46,695 nt of DNA, taken from IMG/VR virus record IMGVR_UViG_3300030376_004936, positions 1 through 46,695 of that record; one strand, given 5' to 3'. The notes beneath the pieces were generated by a model. The model saw only the letters and a list, made by a program, of their open reading frames with translations. It had not been told where the DNA came from and ran no database searches. This DNA comes from a virus (Duplodnaviria; Caudoviricetes). This document shows positions 19,520 to 30,037 of this stretch, piece by piece (the first letter of the stretch is position 1; every line of letters begins with the position of its first letter). The position numbers were made by a program, and so were the translations under genes.

Positions 19520-21364
19520 TTAACCCTCGTTATCTATTGATATTTCTATATCTATTTCGTCTGTACCTTCATCACCTGGTTCCACATCCATAGCTGTACC
19601 CTCTATTACTATAAAGTATTCTTCACTACTAGATGGAAAAGGATAGTTAACATCCCAATCTAAATATATAGACACTCTGTTACCATGCCAGTCCATAGGT
19701 GTTAAGGCTCCATCTAATGAGTCTAAAGTTTCGTTTGTCATTCTACCATTAGAATCTAACATTTGTTCTTTTAAAGAAAAGAAAGGATTAAATTCTGGAG
19801 ATGAATCAATTGTTAATAAGTAGTTTGGGTTTTCAAAACCACCTTCCATTCTCTGCGTGTTTGTTAGATTAGGTAATTCACCTGGTTCTAAAATATCCTC
19901 AGGAACTTGATCTGATCCATCAGCAACTATACCGTTACCACTAGTTGGTAGAAAATCACATATTCTAACAGCTGATAACACTCCCTCTACAGGAGAAGAG
20001 GGATCGGACTTTAAATAAACTTTAGGTTTGTTATATATAGTGCATTGAACCCAAACTCCGTAATTATGCTCCTCAGTGCAATACATGGGTAGGTAGTCAC
20101 CAAACCAAACAGTAGGATATCTTTTATTAACACCTGAAGCCTCTCCAGCATACAAACCAACCTCATTACTAAAGTTTATACCTACTTTCATAGGTGTGTC
20201 ATCTAGTATAAGATCAGGATATTCCGCCGTGATATTACCAGACACTGTGGAATAATTTCTAACAAAACCATACTGTTGGTTACATGAGTTTCTATGAATA
20301 GAGTCTGTTGCGTGGTATTTAACCTCACCGTCATCAAATATGGGTACACTTAGATTTAGTCTAGATATAGTTCTGTTTGGACCAAAGGCTGCGGGTTCAA
20401 AAGTGCATTCTCCCCAACTCATAGGACCACCTCTCTCAGTACCAAAAGCTTCATTCATGGGAATCATATTAGTACTACTAGAAAAATATGCTAGTGGTTG
20501 AATACTATTCCCATTCCAATCAAAATAACCTTGGTTTCCGTACCACATGCTATATGGTAAACCAGCATGCTCAGAAGACCCATCCAATGGATATGACGTA
20601 CACACTGGACAGTTTGTTATTGGTGATTTTAAAGAATAAAAATATGGTGAGCCAGGTGTACCAAGACTTGGATTTTGTGGTACATTGCCCTCATGTGTTT
20701 GAGCCGCTTGAGGGCGAATAAGAAGATTTCGGCTCCAATTACCTTGTAGTGTATTATCTTGATCTTCAGTTTCCCAAGTGTAAGTACCTGATTCTGTTGT
20801 TGCCGCCGCACCCTTATAGCCAACTGGTGTTGTATAAAATATACCATTATTTTCATATGATGGATCTAAAGTTATAGAACCAACTAATTGGACATTAAGC
20901 TGTATTGCGTTATTGGGAGCTGTTGGAATAACATTACTGTGAGTATTGCATGAGTTACCTAGATTTACTTGAGCATCTCCATCTACATCTAAATATATAA
21001 TTTCGTCAAAAGATGGTACGTAAGCAGGATTTAAATATACTTTAATCTCAACTTTTTGTTCACCATCTGAATTAATATTTTCAAACTCAACCTTAGATAT
21101 GATACTAGGTAGTGACACGCTGCTATTAACCCCAATAGATTCGTCGCCCGCCCATTCTTCTAGGTCAGTATTGTACCAAACAAAATCATCATTATATTTA
21201 CCTCTGATACCAAAAAAACTTTTATCAACCCACATCTCTGTTGGGTCAGAAGTTCTTATATAAAACAACTGTGGCTCTTGAGCCCCTAAACTAGTATTTG
21301 ATAACAACTGTATTTGAGACCCTTGTGATCCATCTAATGATTCTATGTAGTATTGTATTGCCAT
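19520..21364 (-). CDS. Hypothetical acidic tail-region structural protein
   Basis: 614 aa, G/S/N/P/Y-rich, directly downstream of the stabilization protein. Confidence 0.55.
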   Translation of the reverse strand: MAIQYYIESLDGSQGSQIQLLSNTSLGAQEPQLFYIRTSDPTEMWVDKSFFGIRGKYNDDFVWYNTDLEEWAGDESIGVNSSVSLPSIISKVEFENINSDGEQKVEIKVYLNPAYVPSFDEIIYLDVDGDAQVNLGNSCNTHSNVIPTAPNNAIQLNVQLVGSITLDPSYENNGIFYTTPVGYKGAAATTESGTYTWETEDQDNTLQGNWSRNLLIRPQAAQTHEGNVPQNPSLGTPGSPYFYSLKSPITNCPVCTSYPLDGSSEHAGLPYSMWYGNQGYFDWNGNSIQPLAYFSSSTNMIPMNEAFGTERGGPMSWGECTFEPAAFGPNRTISRLNLSVPIFDDGEVKYHATDSIHRNSCNQQYGFVRNYSTVSGNITAEYPDLILDDTPMKVGINFSNEVGLYAGEASGVNKRYPTVWFGDYLPMYCTEEHNYGVWVQCTIYNKPKVYLKSDPSSPVEGVLSAVRICDFLPTSGNGIVADGSDQVPEDILEPGELPNLTNTQRMEGGFENPNYLLTIDSSPEFNPFFSLKEQMLDSNGRMTNETLDSLDGALTPMDWHGNRVSIYLDWDVNYPFPSSSEEYFIVIEGTAMDVEPGDEGTDEIDIEISIDNEG

Positions 21365-21374
21365 ATTTTAAATT

Positions 21375-24300
21375 TTAATCGTCATCATTATCTTCTCCGT
21401 CAACAGTTATTGTAACATTAACATTAGTACTACTAGAGCTTGAATCATCAACTATTATCAACTCACCATCAATCGTGGTAGGTAGATCATATTGAGGTAG
21501 TAGAGACACGTCACTAACAACACCAATACCTTGAACACTGAAATCAGAGTATCCCGCCTCTGGTTTTACCTCAGTATTACTTCCTTGAACCGTCACACCG
21601 TGTATACCACCGTGGAATTTACCCTCTTTTTCTATAAAATATTTTACACTAGCTGTTTCTAAATTAGTAAAAAAACTAGAAACCATCCATCCAGCTTGAG
21701 CTGTTAAGTTGTAATGTTCACCGTCTTGATACGAGGCTGTATATAAATCTCCATTAGGACTTATACCTTCAGCTTGTTGCGTAGCCCATGACGAAATACT
21801 TTGTTTTGTTCCCTCGTAGCTTAGAGTTTGGAAAGTCTTGTTGGTGCCAGGCATCTCGTTAAACACAAACGAAACCTCAGTACTACCCCCATTTCCATAG
21901 AATCTACCCGCACTACCCACGTAGTGTTTCCAGGCTCCAGCTCCTTTAGCTGTTATATATTGACCTGTAACAGATTGTCCAGCTTGTGGTACGAAGGATT
22001 TAAAACTAACCCAACCTTTGCTTTCCTCATTAAATGAAACAGTTTTTCCAGTTTGACGTAAAGAAACATTATACTCACCATTAACATCGTCAAATGTTCC
22101 TAAGATGTGATCATTTTCTTTTAAATTATCTCTAAACCAAGATTTCATACCAACACTAGATATCGGTGTTAAACCATCTTGTGATAATCTTAAAACAGCG
22201 CCTCTTTCTTTATCTGTAAAATACATTCTATATTGATCCCACGCTAATGATTCTGGGTTTTTTGATATTCCATAATCTCCAGCGAAAGCACCAGCTGTTC
22301 CAAGAACTCTATTTGTAGCGATTAATCTAGGGTCACCGTCAGCATTATATACAGCATCTTTATTGGCTGTAACTTTAAGAATCTTATCTTCACAAAAAGT
22401 CACAAGATCCGTGTCTCTAGTTTTCAATCTTTGTATGGAACCGTAAGATGGATTTAAATCTTTTTGTATTTTCTCTCCAGTATTAAACTCGTTAAGATCG
22501 TTAACTCCTGATATGGAATTAAATAAACCAGAGTATATCATACCACTACCCTTTTTCTCTTCTCCATAATCTAAAAAGGTTGTAGAAACTTTTACACCAT
22601 TATCTATTGTTGGAGCGTTAAAATCATCTCTTATTCTATCTGACTCTACACCGTTACCCCAAGTGTAACAATTAAACCAAGGTAGCTTTACGGGGTACTT
22701 CCAAACCTCACTATCCAACTTGTACCATCCGCCACCTTTGTATGTTCCTATTTTATGAAGATCGTAAGGAGGTGTTTGATCAAACATGTAATCACCTCCA
22801 GGACCGTCTATAGTTATCCACACCGCTGTCGATGTTGTTCCATAGACATTTTGTATATACGTTCCTTCTGGAATACCCTCACCTATCAGCGATGCTCCAA
22901 GTACTACGCTTTGTGGGTTTTGTACTACTACGTACTGATTGTAACCACTCGAGTCTTGAAAACCTGAAAACTGTATCCCAATACCAGCATTAACACCATT
23001 CGTTGTCTCAGTGTTCGTGTATAAAACTTCAGAAAAATTAGGCGCCGCACCACTAGTATCATAACTAGATAGCCATGTCATTGGCTCTGCATACTCAACA
23101 ACCTTAGACATAGTCTCAGTTCCATCTGGGTGATGAAAAACCAAGAAATCACCAACACCTATTTCAGTGTCATGCCAATCAACAACATCTTGTTTTGTCG
23201 ATTTTAAACCTACAATAGTTTCATTAGCATTATAACCAACTGTGTATACGTGGTGATCTTGACCAGTTATGTACTTGTTTACGTAACCACCCTCTCCATC
23301 ACTAGTTTTTACAGAAAATCTACAATTATAAGGAATAAAATCCAAAGAGTTTTCGCTAGTTAATCTCATCGGTATAGCATTCGAAGCTTCATAATATATA
23401 TCTAAACCAACATCTTCTTTTGGCTCTGTTTCCCATACAGCTGCGTTAGCTAATGGTAAAACAACACCACTGGTTTTATCAACTCTTTTTAATATCTGAA
23501 CATTAAAAGATTCTCTACCATCGTGACAAACCATTGATCTAGGATCATAAATACTAGTATCTATTCCTCTATCTGGAATAACTTGACCGTTTGAATCTAA
23601 ACGTCTAAACTCAACTCTAAAACCCATTCTTTCACATTTATCATCAGGCCAAGGATTGGGACCTCCAATTCCAGAATAATCAAAGTTACAGTTTGGACAA
23701 ACAGCCATTCCGCTGAGATCACTGTTACCAATATTACCAGTACAAGAACCGTCAACTGAGCCACCAGCTGCCGTGGTGTTTGCATCTGAGGAAGATAAAC
23801 CTGTTTGTACGTTGTAATCTGGTTGAAAGTTAGTTATTACATCATAGCAATTATTATTGTTTCCATCCCATCCACAATTAATATCATCACCAGGAGCGTT
23901 AATACCAGGGACAAAATTAAAGTTTATAGTAGATAAACACTCTTGACATAATTGTCCTTGACAATCAGATTTTATAGAATAGTTATGAACATGACCGGTT
24001 TTCCACTCTTGAATATCATCTGAGTTACTTACTATTTCATATATCTCTCCGTTTGGATCATCTACAAACTTAAACAACGTTCCTTTTGTGCTCATTATAT
24101 TTTTAAAAGCTAACTCATCTCCAATCCAAGCGTTAGCTCCCCAAGCGTGTGAAGGTGTTGATATAGCAACTCTACCAAGCTCACCATCTTGAGTTGGTAA
24201 AACTTCGTCTGAACCGTAGTTTAAATATCCCTCGTCCCAACCGGTTGGTTTGTAGTAAAATCTAGATCTCTCCATGTCACCATCATCAATCATATTACCA

Positions 24301-27300
24301 TCTGGGTTTCCTTCGTAATTAAAATCCCTAGCTCTACACGAGTCAACAAATAGTCTGGTGTGATCTTTTAAACCAACACTAGTACTACCTACTACATCTT
24401 TAAACCATCTCCAATATTCTCTAGTGTCATCGCCACCTCTATTATGAACGAAATAACCATCTATGTCAGCTTGATCAGACCCGCCACAACCTAACGCGAA
24501 AGCATGAACACTAGCGTAATCATACATTGGTGAGCTATTTCCTGGTAGCACGTCATAATTACCAGGGGTGCCAGATGGTGGTACAGCACTAGTTTCATTC
24601 CACCTGTAACTAGACCTATTTACAGGTTGACTACTCCCAAATTCACCTGGATTAGTTTTTCGCGTGTCAATATACACTAAAGGAAATCCCCATATAGCAT
24701 CGTAGCTAGTTGATAGACCGCTAAACTTAAGAACTCTATTTTGTAGTACACCATCTCTTTCTATTTTTACAAAGAATTTACCATCGTATTCAGATTTATT
24801 TTCAACAACATCTTCTCTGAATTCTAATTTATAAGTAAGATCTAGATTTGTATAACCTGCTTCTGTGAATCTAGCTTGCATATCAGCTGATTCTAAAAAC
24901 TCATCCTTCCACCTAACAGTTCCCTCTTGATATTCTCCAAGGTCATTTTTAGCTGTATTTATATAAGAAACTTTCTGCCAAGTGTTGCCACTTAATGTAA
25001 CATCGTTGAAAGCACAACGAGCAGCTACTCTTACTAATAATGTACCGTTCCTTCCCAAAACATGATCAGCTAAAAATCCACCCCACATACCAGTACTAAC
25101 AACTATTTCTTTTTCATTTTTTAATTTATCAGGAGTGTTAACGTTAACATCAGGTGACGTATCTGTAAACATGTAACCGTATTCATTTGATCCCAAGCTA
25201 ACCATACCCATATCTCTTTGATCTATCTTTATAAAATCAGGAGCATCTGCAGATATAGATATTATTTTATATCTAGCCTTTTCTACTACAGGTGTATTAC
25301 TTCCATGTTCATTTTTTAACACTAGATACGTTTCTTCATCTAACTTATTTCTATCAGCTGAAACAAAAGATATCCATATGTTACCATCTTCAGCATCATA
25401 CCATCTATCCATAGCTAAAGTGTAGTATTCATTAGATGTTTCTTTTACGTAATATTTAACGTAATCTATCCATCGGTCTGGGGTAGCACTTGTAGTTGTT
25501 GGGCCGTCCCACCTTTGCTGCATTGAGAACTGATTAACTTGAGGCGCAAATATTTTATCAACTTTATCACCACCCAAAACTGGTGTGTAATCTTCATAAT
25601 TACTACCAGATAAATAACCTGGTGAAATAACGGTTGTTTCCCTACCGTACTTATCACCAAAAACCATACCAAACTTATAAGTTCTAAGAGATTTAATAGA
25701 TTTCTTAGGTTTACTTAGTGTTGCTTCATTTTTAGATACTAGAGACTGTAAAAGTCTAGGTGTACCTTCGATATCATAACCTTGAGTGTAGTTACCATAA
25801 ACCAATCTATTACCAACTATTTCTTGGGCCAACGCGTATCTAGGTACAGCATCAAAACCTCTTAACAATTGGTTTGCTGGTAAAGCTTTATGTATCATTT
25901 CAGATGTTATGACTAACTTACCAAACATCATATTTGGATTAGAATTACTAGGAACAAAAAGATCCCACTCTTGGTCTTTACCTCTAGTAATTGTTTTAAC
26001 CACGTAACAATTAGCGTTGTCAGTAGATTTGTATAGTATGTCTATAGCTTTAACACCTCTTGGTCTAACTCTTTGATGTGGAATAAAGTTTTCTATTATA
26101 ACTTCTCTAACATCATTTACCATTCCTAAGTTATAACCTTTTCTATGGTTGTAATCAAATCTACTTGGTAAAAAGGCTAACTCAGACCATGGGGAAAAAG
26201 ACGAGTATTCGTTGTCTTCATAATTATATCTATAAGCAAATCTACCAAACTTTAATTCAAATATAGGTCTTTTTGATTCAAGCTCTATTGTCCATTCACC
26301 AGAACCACTAACTGTCGATATAGGTGCTGGAATTGCTGCTGTTATAGATATTATAGTTCCTGATATACTTGTTTCATCATCACTAACTGAATCAACTGAT
26401 ATCTTAACTACTTGTTCAACATCTAGTTCACCACTTATAACTAGTATATCGTTAACTCTAAAATCAGCATCAGCTAAAGTTGGATCTGAAATAATTACAG
26501 TATCTCCTGGAACATAGTTTCCACTATCACTACCACCAACCGTGAAGTTAATTGGTATGTTATTAACTTCTGTTTGTTTTTCTCTAGGTGATCTTTTTAA
26601 AGTTATTGTTGGAGCGTAAGTTGGGGCCTTATGCTTTACTGTTATATCTTCTTCTCTTAGTAAACCATCGTAAGTTGGTGTTAGTGTAGTATTGTTGAAA
26701 GTTCTTTCTAGTGACCTTACTGGAATTAAATTGTCTTTGTCTTTAGGATTAGATACAAACATCTTGGTGTGCGTAGTCCACTTGTTGGTACCAGTCGCAC
26801 ATCCAGCTTTACATTTTCTTATGTTTATTTTTTTAGGTTCAGTTATATCATCTGTCCATAACATTATATCATCTATAATATTTATTCCAGTTATATTTCT
26901 ATCATAAGGTATTTTGTGAAAACTTAAGACGGGTTGCCTAACAAAAGCTATAACCTCGCACTCATTAAGTAGGGCATTGTTATTTTGAGGTGTGTATAAA
27001 TATATTGTTTTATCCTCTATCTTCTGTATTTCAGCTCCTTGCCACATTGGTATGCCGGAGGAATTAAAAGCGTAAGCCACCATACCTATACTAAGATCCG
27101 ATGTGGAAGATAGTTCTAATTCTGCATATGGACTGTTCCAGTCACCATTTAGTGGCATGGGGCTCCAGTTGGCAAAGGTATCTACAACAGCATATTTATC
27201 AACAATAACTGGATTTATAGTTGGTAAGCTAGTTCCAACACCAACATTAACCTCCATTATAACATCGTAAAAACATTTCTTTCCCTGCTGCTTAATAGCA

Positions 27301-27641
27301 TTCACATTTATATCTCCCTTGTTTAAACTAAATTGAGGTCCACCAATAAAAAAATAACAGTTATTATCCTTTTCGTTAGAGACGCTACCAACTACTCTAG
27401 TACTTTTAATGCCACTAGAGCCAACGTAATCCGTTTGTAACAAGAGTTCTTCTACATCTTCGTTTATAGGCACATTACCTTTTACACTTTGAATAGTACC
27501 AACACCTCCTTGATCACTACTAGCACCAGTTGTTTTTACCTGGATATTTAGCGCATCTACATATTCACCGTTTGGAACAAGTCTTTCATCAACATCCTTG
27601 TTCATTTTTCCAGATGTAAAAGTACGTTTTAATTCTGACAT
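21375..27641 (-). CDS. Tail stabilization / muzzle (nozzle) protein, P22 gp10-like, crAss-type
   Basis: N-terminus MSELKRTFTSGKMNKDVDERLVPNGEYVDALN; C-terminal GNGVESDRIRDDFNAP, GDYGISKNPES and GWVSFKSF blocks characteristic of this family as recalled. Confidence 0.8.
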   Translation of the reverse strand: MSELKRTFTSGKMNKDVDERLVPNGEYVDALNIQVKTTGASSDQGGVGTIQSVKGNVPINEDVEELLLQTDYVGSSGIKSTRVVGSVSNEKDNNCYFFIGGPQFSLNKGDINVNAIKQQGKKCFYDVIMEVNVGVGTSLPTINPVIVDKYAVVDTFANWSPMPLNGDWNSPYAELELSSTSDLSIGMVAYAFNSSGIPMWQGAEIQKIEDKTIYLYTPQNNNALLNECEVIAFVRQPVLSFHKIPYDRNITGINIIDDIMLWTDDITEPKKINIRKCKAGCATGTNKWTTHTKMFVSNPKDKDNLIPVRSLERTFNNTTLTPTYDGLLREEDITVKHKAPTYAPTITLKRSPREKQTEVNNIPINFTVGGSDSGNYVPGDTVIISDPTLADADFRVNDILVISGELDVEQVVKISVDSVSDDETSISGTIISITAAIPAPISTVSGSGEWTIELESKRPIFELKFGRFAYRYNYEDNEYSSFSPWSELAFLPSRFDYNHRKGYNLGMVNDVREVIIENFIPHQRVRPRGVKAIDILYKSTDNANCYVVKTITRGKDQEWDLFVPSNSNPNMMFGKLVITSEMIHKALPANQLLRGFDAVPRYALAQEIVGNRLVYGNYTQGYDIEGTPRLLQSLVSKNEATLSKPKKSIKSLRTYKFGMVFGDKYGRETTVISPGYLSGSNYEDYTPVLGGDKVDKIFAPQVNQFSMQQRWDGPTTTSATPDRWIDYVKYYVKETSNEYYTLAMDRWYDAEDGNIWISFVSADRNKLDEETYLVLKNEHGSNTPVVEKARYKIISISADAPDFIKIDQRDMGMVSLGSNEYGYMFTDTSPDVNVNTPDKLKNEKEIVVSTGMWGGFLADHVLGRNGTLLVRVAARCAFNDVTLSGNTWQKVSYINTAKNDLGEYQEGTVRWKDEFLESADMQARFTEAGYTNLDLTYKLEFREDVVENKSEYDGKFFVKIERDGVLQNRVLKFSGLSTSYDAIWGFPLVYIDTRKTNPGEFGSSQPVNRSSYRWNETSAVPPSGTPGNYDVLPGNSSPMYDYASVHAFALGCGGSDQADIDGYFVHNRGGDDTREYWRWFKDVVGSTSVGLKDHTRLFVDSCRARDFNYEGNPDGNMIDDGDMERSRFYYKPTGWDEGYLNYGSDEVLPTQDGELGRVAISTPSHAWGANAWIGDELAFKNIMSTKGTLFKFVDDPNGEIYEIVSNSDDIQEWKTGHVHNYSIKSDCQGQLCQECLSTINFNFVPGINAPGDDINCGWDGNNNNCYDVITNFQPDYNVQTGLSSSDANTTAAGGSVDGSCTGNIGNSDLSGMAVCPNCNFDYSGIGGPNPWPDDKCERMGFRVEFRRLDSNGQVIPDRGIDTSIYDPRSMVCHDGRESFNVQILKRVDKTSGVVLPLANAAVWETEPKEDVGLDIYYEASNAIPMRLTSENSLDFIPYNCRFSVKTSDGEGGYVNKYITGQDHHVYTVGYNANETIVGLKSTKQDVVDWHDTEIGVGDFLVFHHPDGTETMSKVVEYAEPMTWLSSYDTSGAAPNFSEVLYTNTETTNGVNAGIGIQFSGFQDSSGYNQYVVVQNPQSVVLGASLIGEGIPEGTYIQNVYGTTSTAVWITIDGPGGDYMFDQTPPYDLHKIGTYKGGGWYKLDSEVWKYPVKLPWFNCYTWGNGVESDRIRDDFNAPTIDNGVKVSTTFLDYGEEKKGSGMIYSGLFNSISGVNDLNEFNTGEKIQKDLNPSYGSIQRLKTRDTDLVTFCEDKILKVTANKDAVYNADGDPRLIATNRVLGTAGAFAGDYGISKNPESLAWDQYRMYFTDKERGAVLRLSQDGLTPISSVGMKSWFRDNLKENDHILGTFDDVNGEYNVSLRQTGKTVSFNEESKGWVSFKSFVPQAGQSVTGQYITAKGAGAWKHYVGSAGRFYGNGGSTEVSFVFNEMPGTNKTFQTLSYEGTKQSISSWATQQAEGISPNGDLYTASYQDGEHYNLTAQAGWMVSSFFTNLETASVKYFIEKEGKFHGGIHGVTVQGSNTEVKPEAGYSDFSVQGIGVVSDVSLLPQYDLPTTIDGELIIVDDSSSSSTNVNVTITVDGEDNDDD

Positions 27642-27645
27642 AATT

Positions 27646-28959
27646 TTATTTTAATTGCTTGTTTATTCCCTTGAGAACTTGAGTGAATTCTTCCATCTTG
27701 ATATTAGATAATCTTATTTTTGCTTTTCTAGTTTCAGCAAATCTTTCCTTTTTAAATCTCTGAACAATACCTTCTGGTACACCAGCTCTACCAGATAATA
27801 TACCATACATTATCCATTTGTAAACAGCTTCTTCGCAAAACTTATGCACTATCATCTCCTCGTTTGTGCCAAGACCATCACTTATATATTTAAGTATAAT
27901 ATCTTGACCAACAAGAGATGAACCAAAGTGTATCATTCCCAAACTATTATCTATGAAAAAAGTGCCATTAGATTGAGCAGATTGAGGATCTAATCCATAT
28001 CTTCTACCTCTAGCATCAACAAATAAGTCAGATGTATCATCAGCGTATGGGTCACCAACTTCTTGTGCTTTAAACTTTGTCCAAGCTTGGCTATCCTCCT
28101 TTATTAGATCTGCACCCACTGTTGATCCAGTATCAACAACCGTGTAACCTATATTAGTATTATTAGTACCACCACCACCTGATATTGAACCTGTTTGATA
28201 ACAACCTTCACCACCTGAAGCATAAACATTTGTTGACATAGTATCATTATACGTTATTATTAACTCTCCTTCGGCTGTACCCAACTCAGCTTTGTGATGA
28301 CCAAAATCATTTATAGCATTCATTACTTGAGTAGCCATACCAGTAGGGGTATAACCAAAAACATTTATGTTAAACACCGGCCCTTCAAGTGTTGTTGGAT
28401 AGGTGAAGTTGTTGCCATCTGCATTATTAACATCAAGTCTAATCGAAAGATATTTTGTGACTCCAGCAGAGTTTAAGTACCCTATTCTCATCCAATCTCC
28501 ATCAGTTAATTGCGCTATAACTGGAAAAGTAAATTTAACACTACGAGGTGCAAATCCAAAATCGTAATCACTATTACCATCTTGCTTTATTGCAAATGGG
28601 TTTGATGTTTTACCAGTTGGATATAAAACTCTTTCAATACCATTACCATCTACTCTAGTAACCTTAGTGTAGTTAACATAATCTTGAGGTAACACCATCT
28701 GTAGTGTGTTTGGAACGTTTATCTCGTAGGCTTTATGAGATCTTAGTATATCGTAAGACAGCTCTTGTATAGCTCTCATACCGTGGAACTGAACATCAGT
28801 TCTATTTACTTTGGTTATTATCTTACTCTCACCAACATAAATATACATAAAGTTTGTTATTATATCGTGCAAAGAAACAAATTGATAATTGCCCCAATTA
28901 CCAGAGTTAGATGAGTCATAATATCCCTGTGCGTTAACGTGGTTATCTAATAGTCCCAT
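27646..28959 (-). CDS. Tail ring / head-tail connector protein (tail tubular-like) with central insertion
   Basis: LPQDYVNYTKV, YISDGL and KAKIRLSN motifs; located between the ring and muzzle genes. Confidence 0.7.
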   Translation of the reverse strand: MGLLDNHVNAQGYYDSSNSGNWGNYQFVSLHDIITNFMYIYVGESKIITKVNRTDVQFHGMRAIQELSYDILRSHKAYEINVPNTLQMVLPQDYVNYTKVTRVDGNGIERVLYPTGKTSNPFAIKQDGNSDYDFGFAPRSVKFTFPVIAQLTDGDWMRIGYLNSAGVTKYLSIRLDVNNADGNNFTYPTTLEGPVFNINVFGYTPTGMATQVMNAINDFGHHKAELGTAEGELIITYNDTMSTNVYASGGEGCYQTGSISGGGGTNNTNIGYTVVDTGSTVGADLIKEDSQAWTKFKAQEVGDPYADDTSDLFVDARGRRYGLDPQSAQSNGTFFIDNSLGMIHFGSSLVGQDIILKYISDGLGTNEEMIVHKFCEEAVYKWIMYGILSGRAGVPEGIVQRFKKERFAETRKAKIRLSNIKMEEFTQVLKGINKQLK

Positions 28960-28961
28960 AA

Positions 28962-29750
28962 TTAATTATTTTGTGCATTTATATTGTTAACAGTATCCTG
29001 TGCTCCACTTTGTACCAGCGTGTCATCTTTGATTACAAGGCCTGATAATTGTAGTATTCTTGAAACTAATATTTCTTCTTCAGAACCGTGTAATTCAAAG
29101 TTAACTGAGTTAACAGCATCGTAAAGAGCTTTGCTCATTGCTACTACATACGCCCATTTAGGTTGAGTTGGTTTTTTATAATAAGAAAATTCAAAACCTT
29201 CTGTATCCATTTGACCATTTGCATCTGAATCAACATTCCAAGTAGTTGAAGTCGGAGGTGGTTTTATCAAAATGTTTGGGTATGAGCCTCTATAAAAAAT
29301 TGATCTTCTAGCATCAATACCAGTAACTTGACTTCCAGCGTTTATTGGAGCTAACATAGGTGAACTATTAATGAGTAACCACTCTTCTTTTGTTACTTCC
29401 TCTACGGGATGAATGTACGCTGTTAATGGTCTTTGACCCCTTTGTAATGATTTTAATCTATATAGATCAGAGGGTAATTGAACTCTTCCTAAAGTATGAT
29501 TAGTGGTTACAACTTGTTCCATTAAAAATGGTTGCAACTTTTCCTGCAACCTTTCCATAGTATCCGCTTCACTTATTTGAGTTTTTTCTAATTTAAGATA
29601 CGCTGTTTTAACATCTCCAAAATATGATTCAAATATTTCATTTTGAACTTTATCGGCTAATAAATTAAACTCTTGAGGTGTTATGTAACCTCTTTGCTCT
29701 TTATTAGCTATAGCTAAAACCTTTTGATATACCTTATCTATACTTACCAT
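28962..29750 (-). CDS. Tail ring / connector protein
   Basis: VYQKVLAIANKEQRGYITPQEFN N-terminus, YYKKPTQPKW and FEL motifs recalled for crAss-like ring proteins. Confidence 0.7.
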   Translation of the reverse strand: MVSIDKVYQKVLAIANKEQRGYITPQEFNLLADKVQNEIFESYFGDVKTAYLKLEKTQISEADTMERLQEKLQPFLMEQVVTTNHTLGRVQLPSDLYRLKSLQRGQRPLTAYIHPVEEVTKEEWLLINSSPMLAPINAGSQVTGIDARRSIFYRGSYPNILIKPPPTSTTWNVDSDANGQMDTEGFEFSYYKKPTQPKWAYVVAMSKALYDAVNSVNFELHGSEEEILVSRILQLSGLVIKDDTLVQSGAQDTVNNINAQNN

Positions 29751-29755
29751 CTTTA

Positions 29756-29929
29756 TTATTTTTTATTATAAGGAAACCACTTGTTTAATGTTTCCTTTCG
29801 CTTGTTACATCCACAATCTTTTTTACCAACGGCTTTAGCTGTTATATCAGCTAATGATTTTATACCAGTAAACTTTGTGAACTTTTCTATTGAATCACCT
29901 AGACCCCTTGATTTATTTGAATCTTCCAT
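29756..29929 (-). CDS. 57-aa small phage protein, GLGD...CGC type (not in ORF track)
   Basis: MEDSNKSRGLGDSIEKFTKFTGIKSLADITAKAVGKKDCGCNKRKETLNKWFPYNKK; first ORF after a promoter-like motif. Confidence 0.8.
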   Translation of the reverse strand: MEDSNKSRGLGDSIEKFTKFTGIKSLADITAKAVGKKDCGCNKRKETLNKWFPYNKK

Positions 29930-29942
29930 ATTATAATATATT

Positions 29943-29961
29943 TTACTATATTATAGTTACA
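29943..29961 (-). promoter_or_regulatory. Putative phage promoter, TGTAA-N8-TAGTAA
   Basis: Minus strand TGTAACTATAATATAGTAA, just downstream of a terminator and ahead of the tail block. Confidence 0.65.
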
Positions 29962-29985
29962 TAATAAAGTGAAAGGTTAGCCTCT

Positions 29986-30019
29986 AAATAAAAATAGCCA
30001 CCCGTAATGAGTGGCTATT
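29986..30019 (-). terminator. Intrinsic terminator
   Basis: Minus strand AATAGCCACTC-ATTAC-GGGTGGCTATT hairpin followed by TTTATTT. Confidence 0.75.
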
Positions 30020-30037
30020 AATATTAGTTAAAAGATA

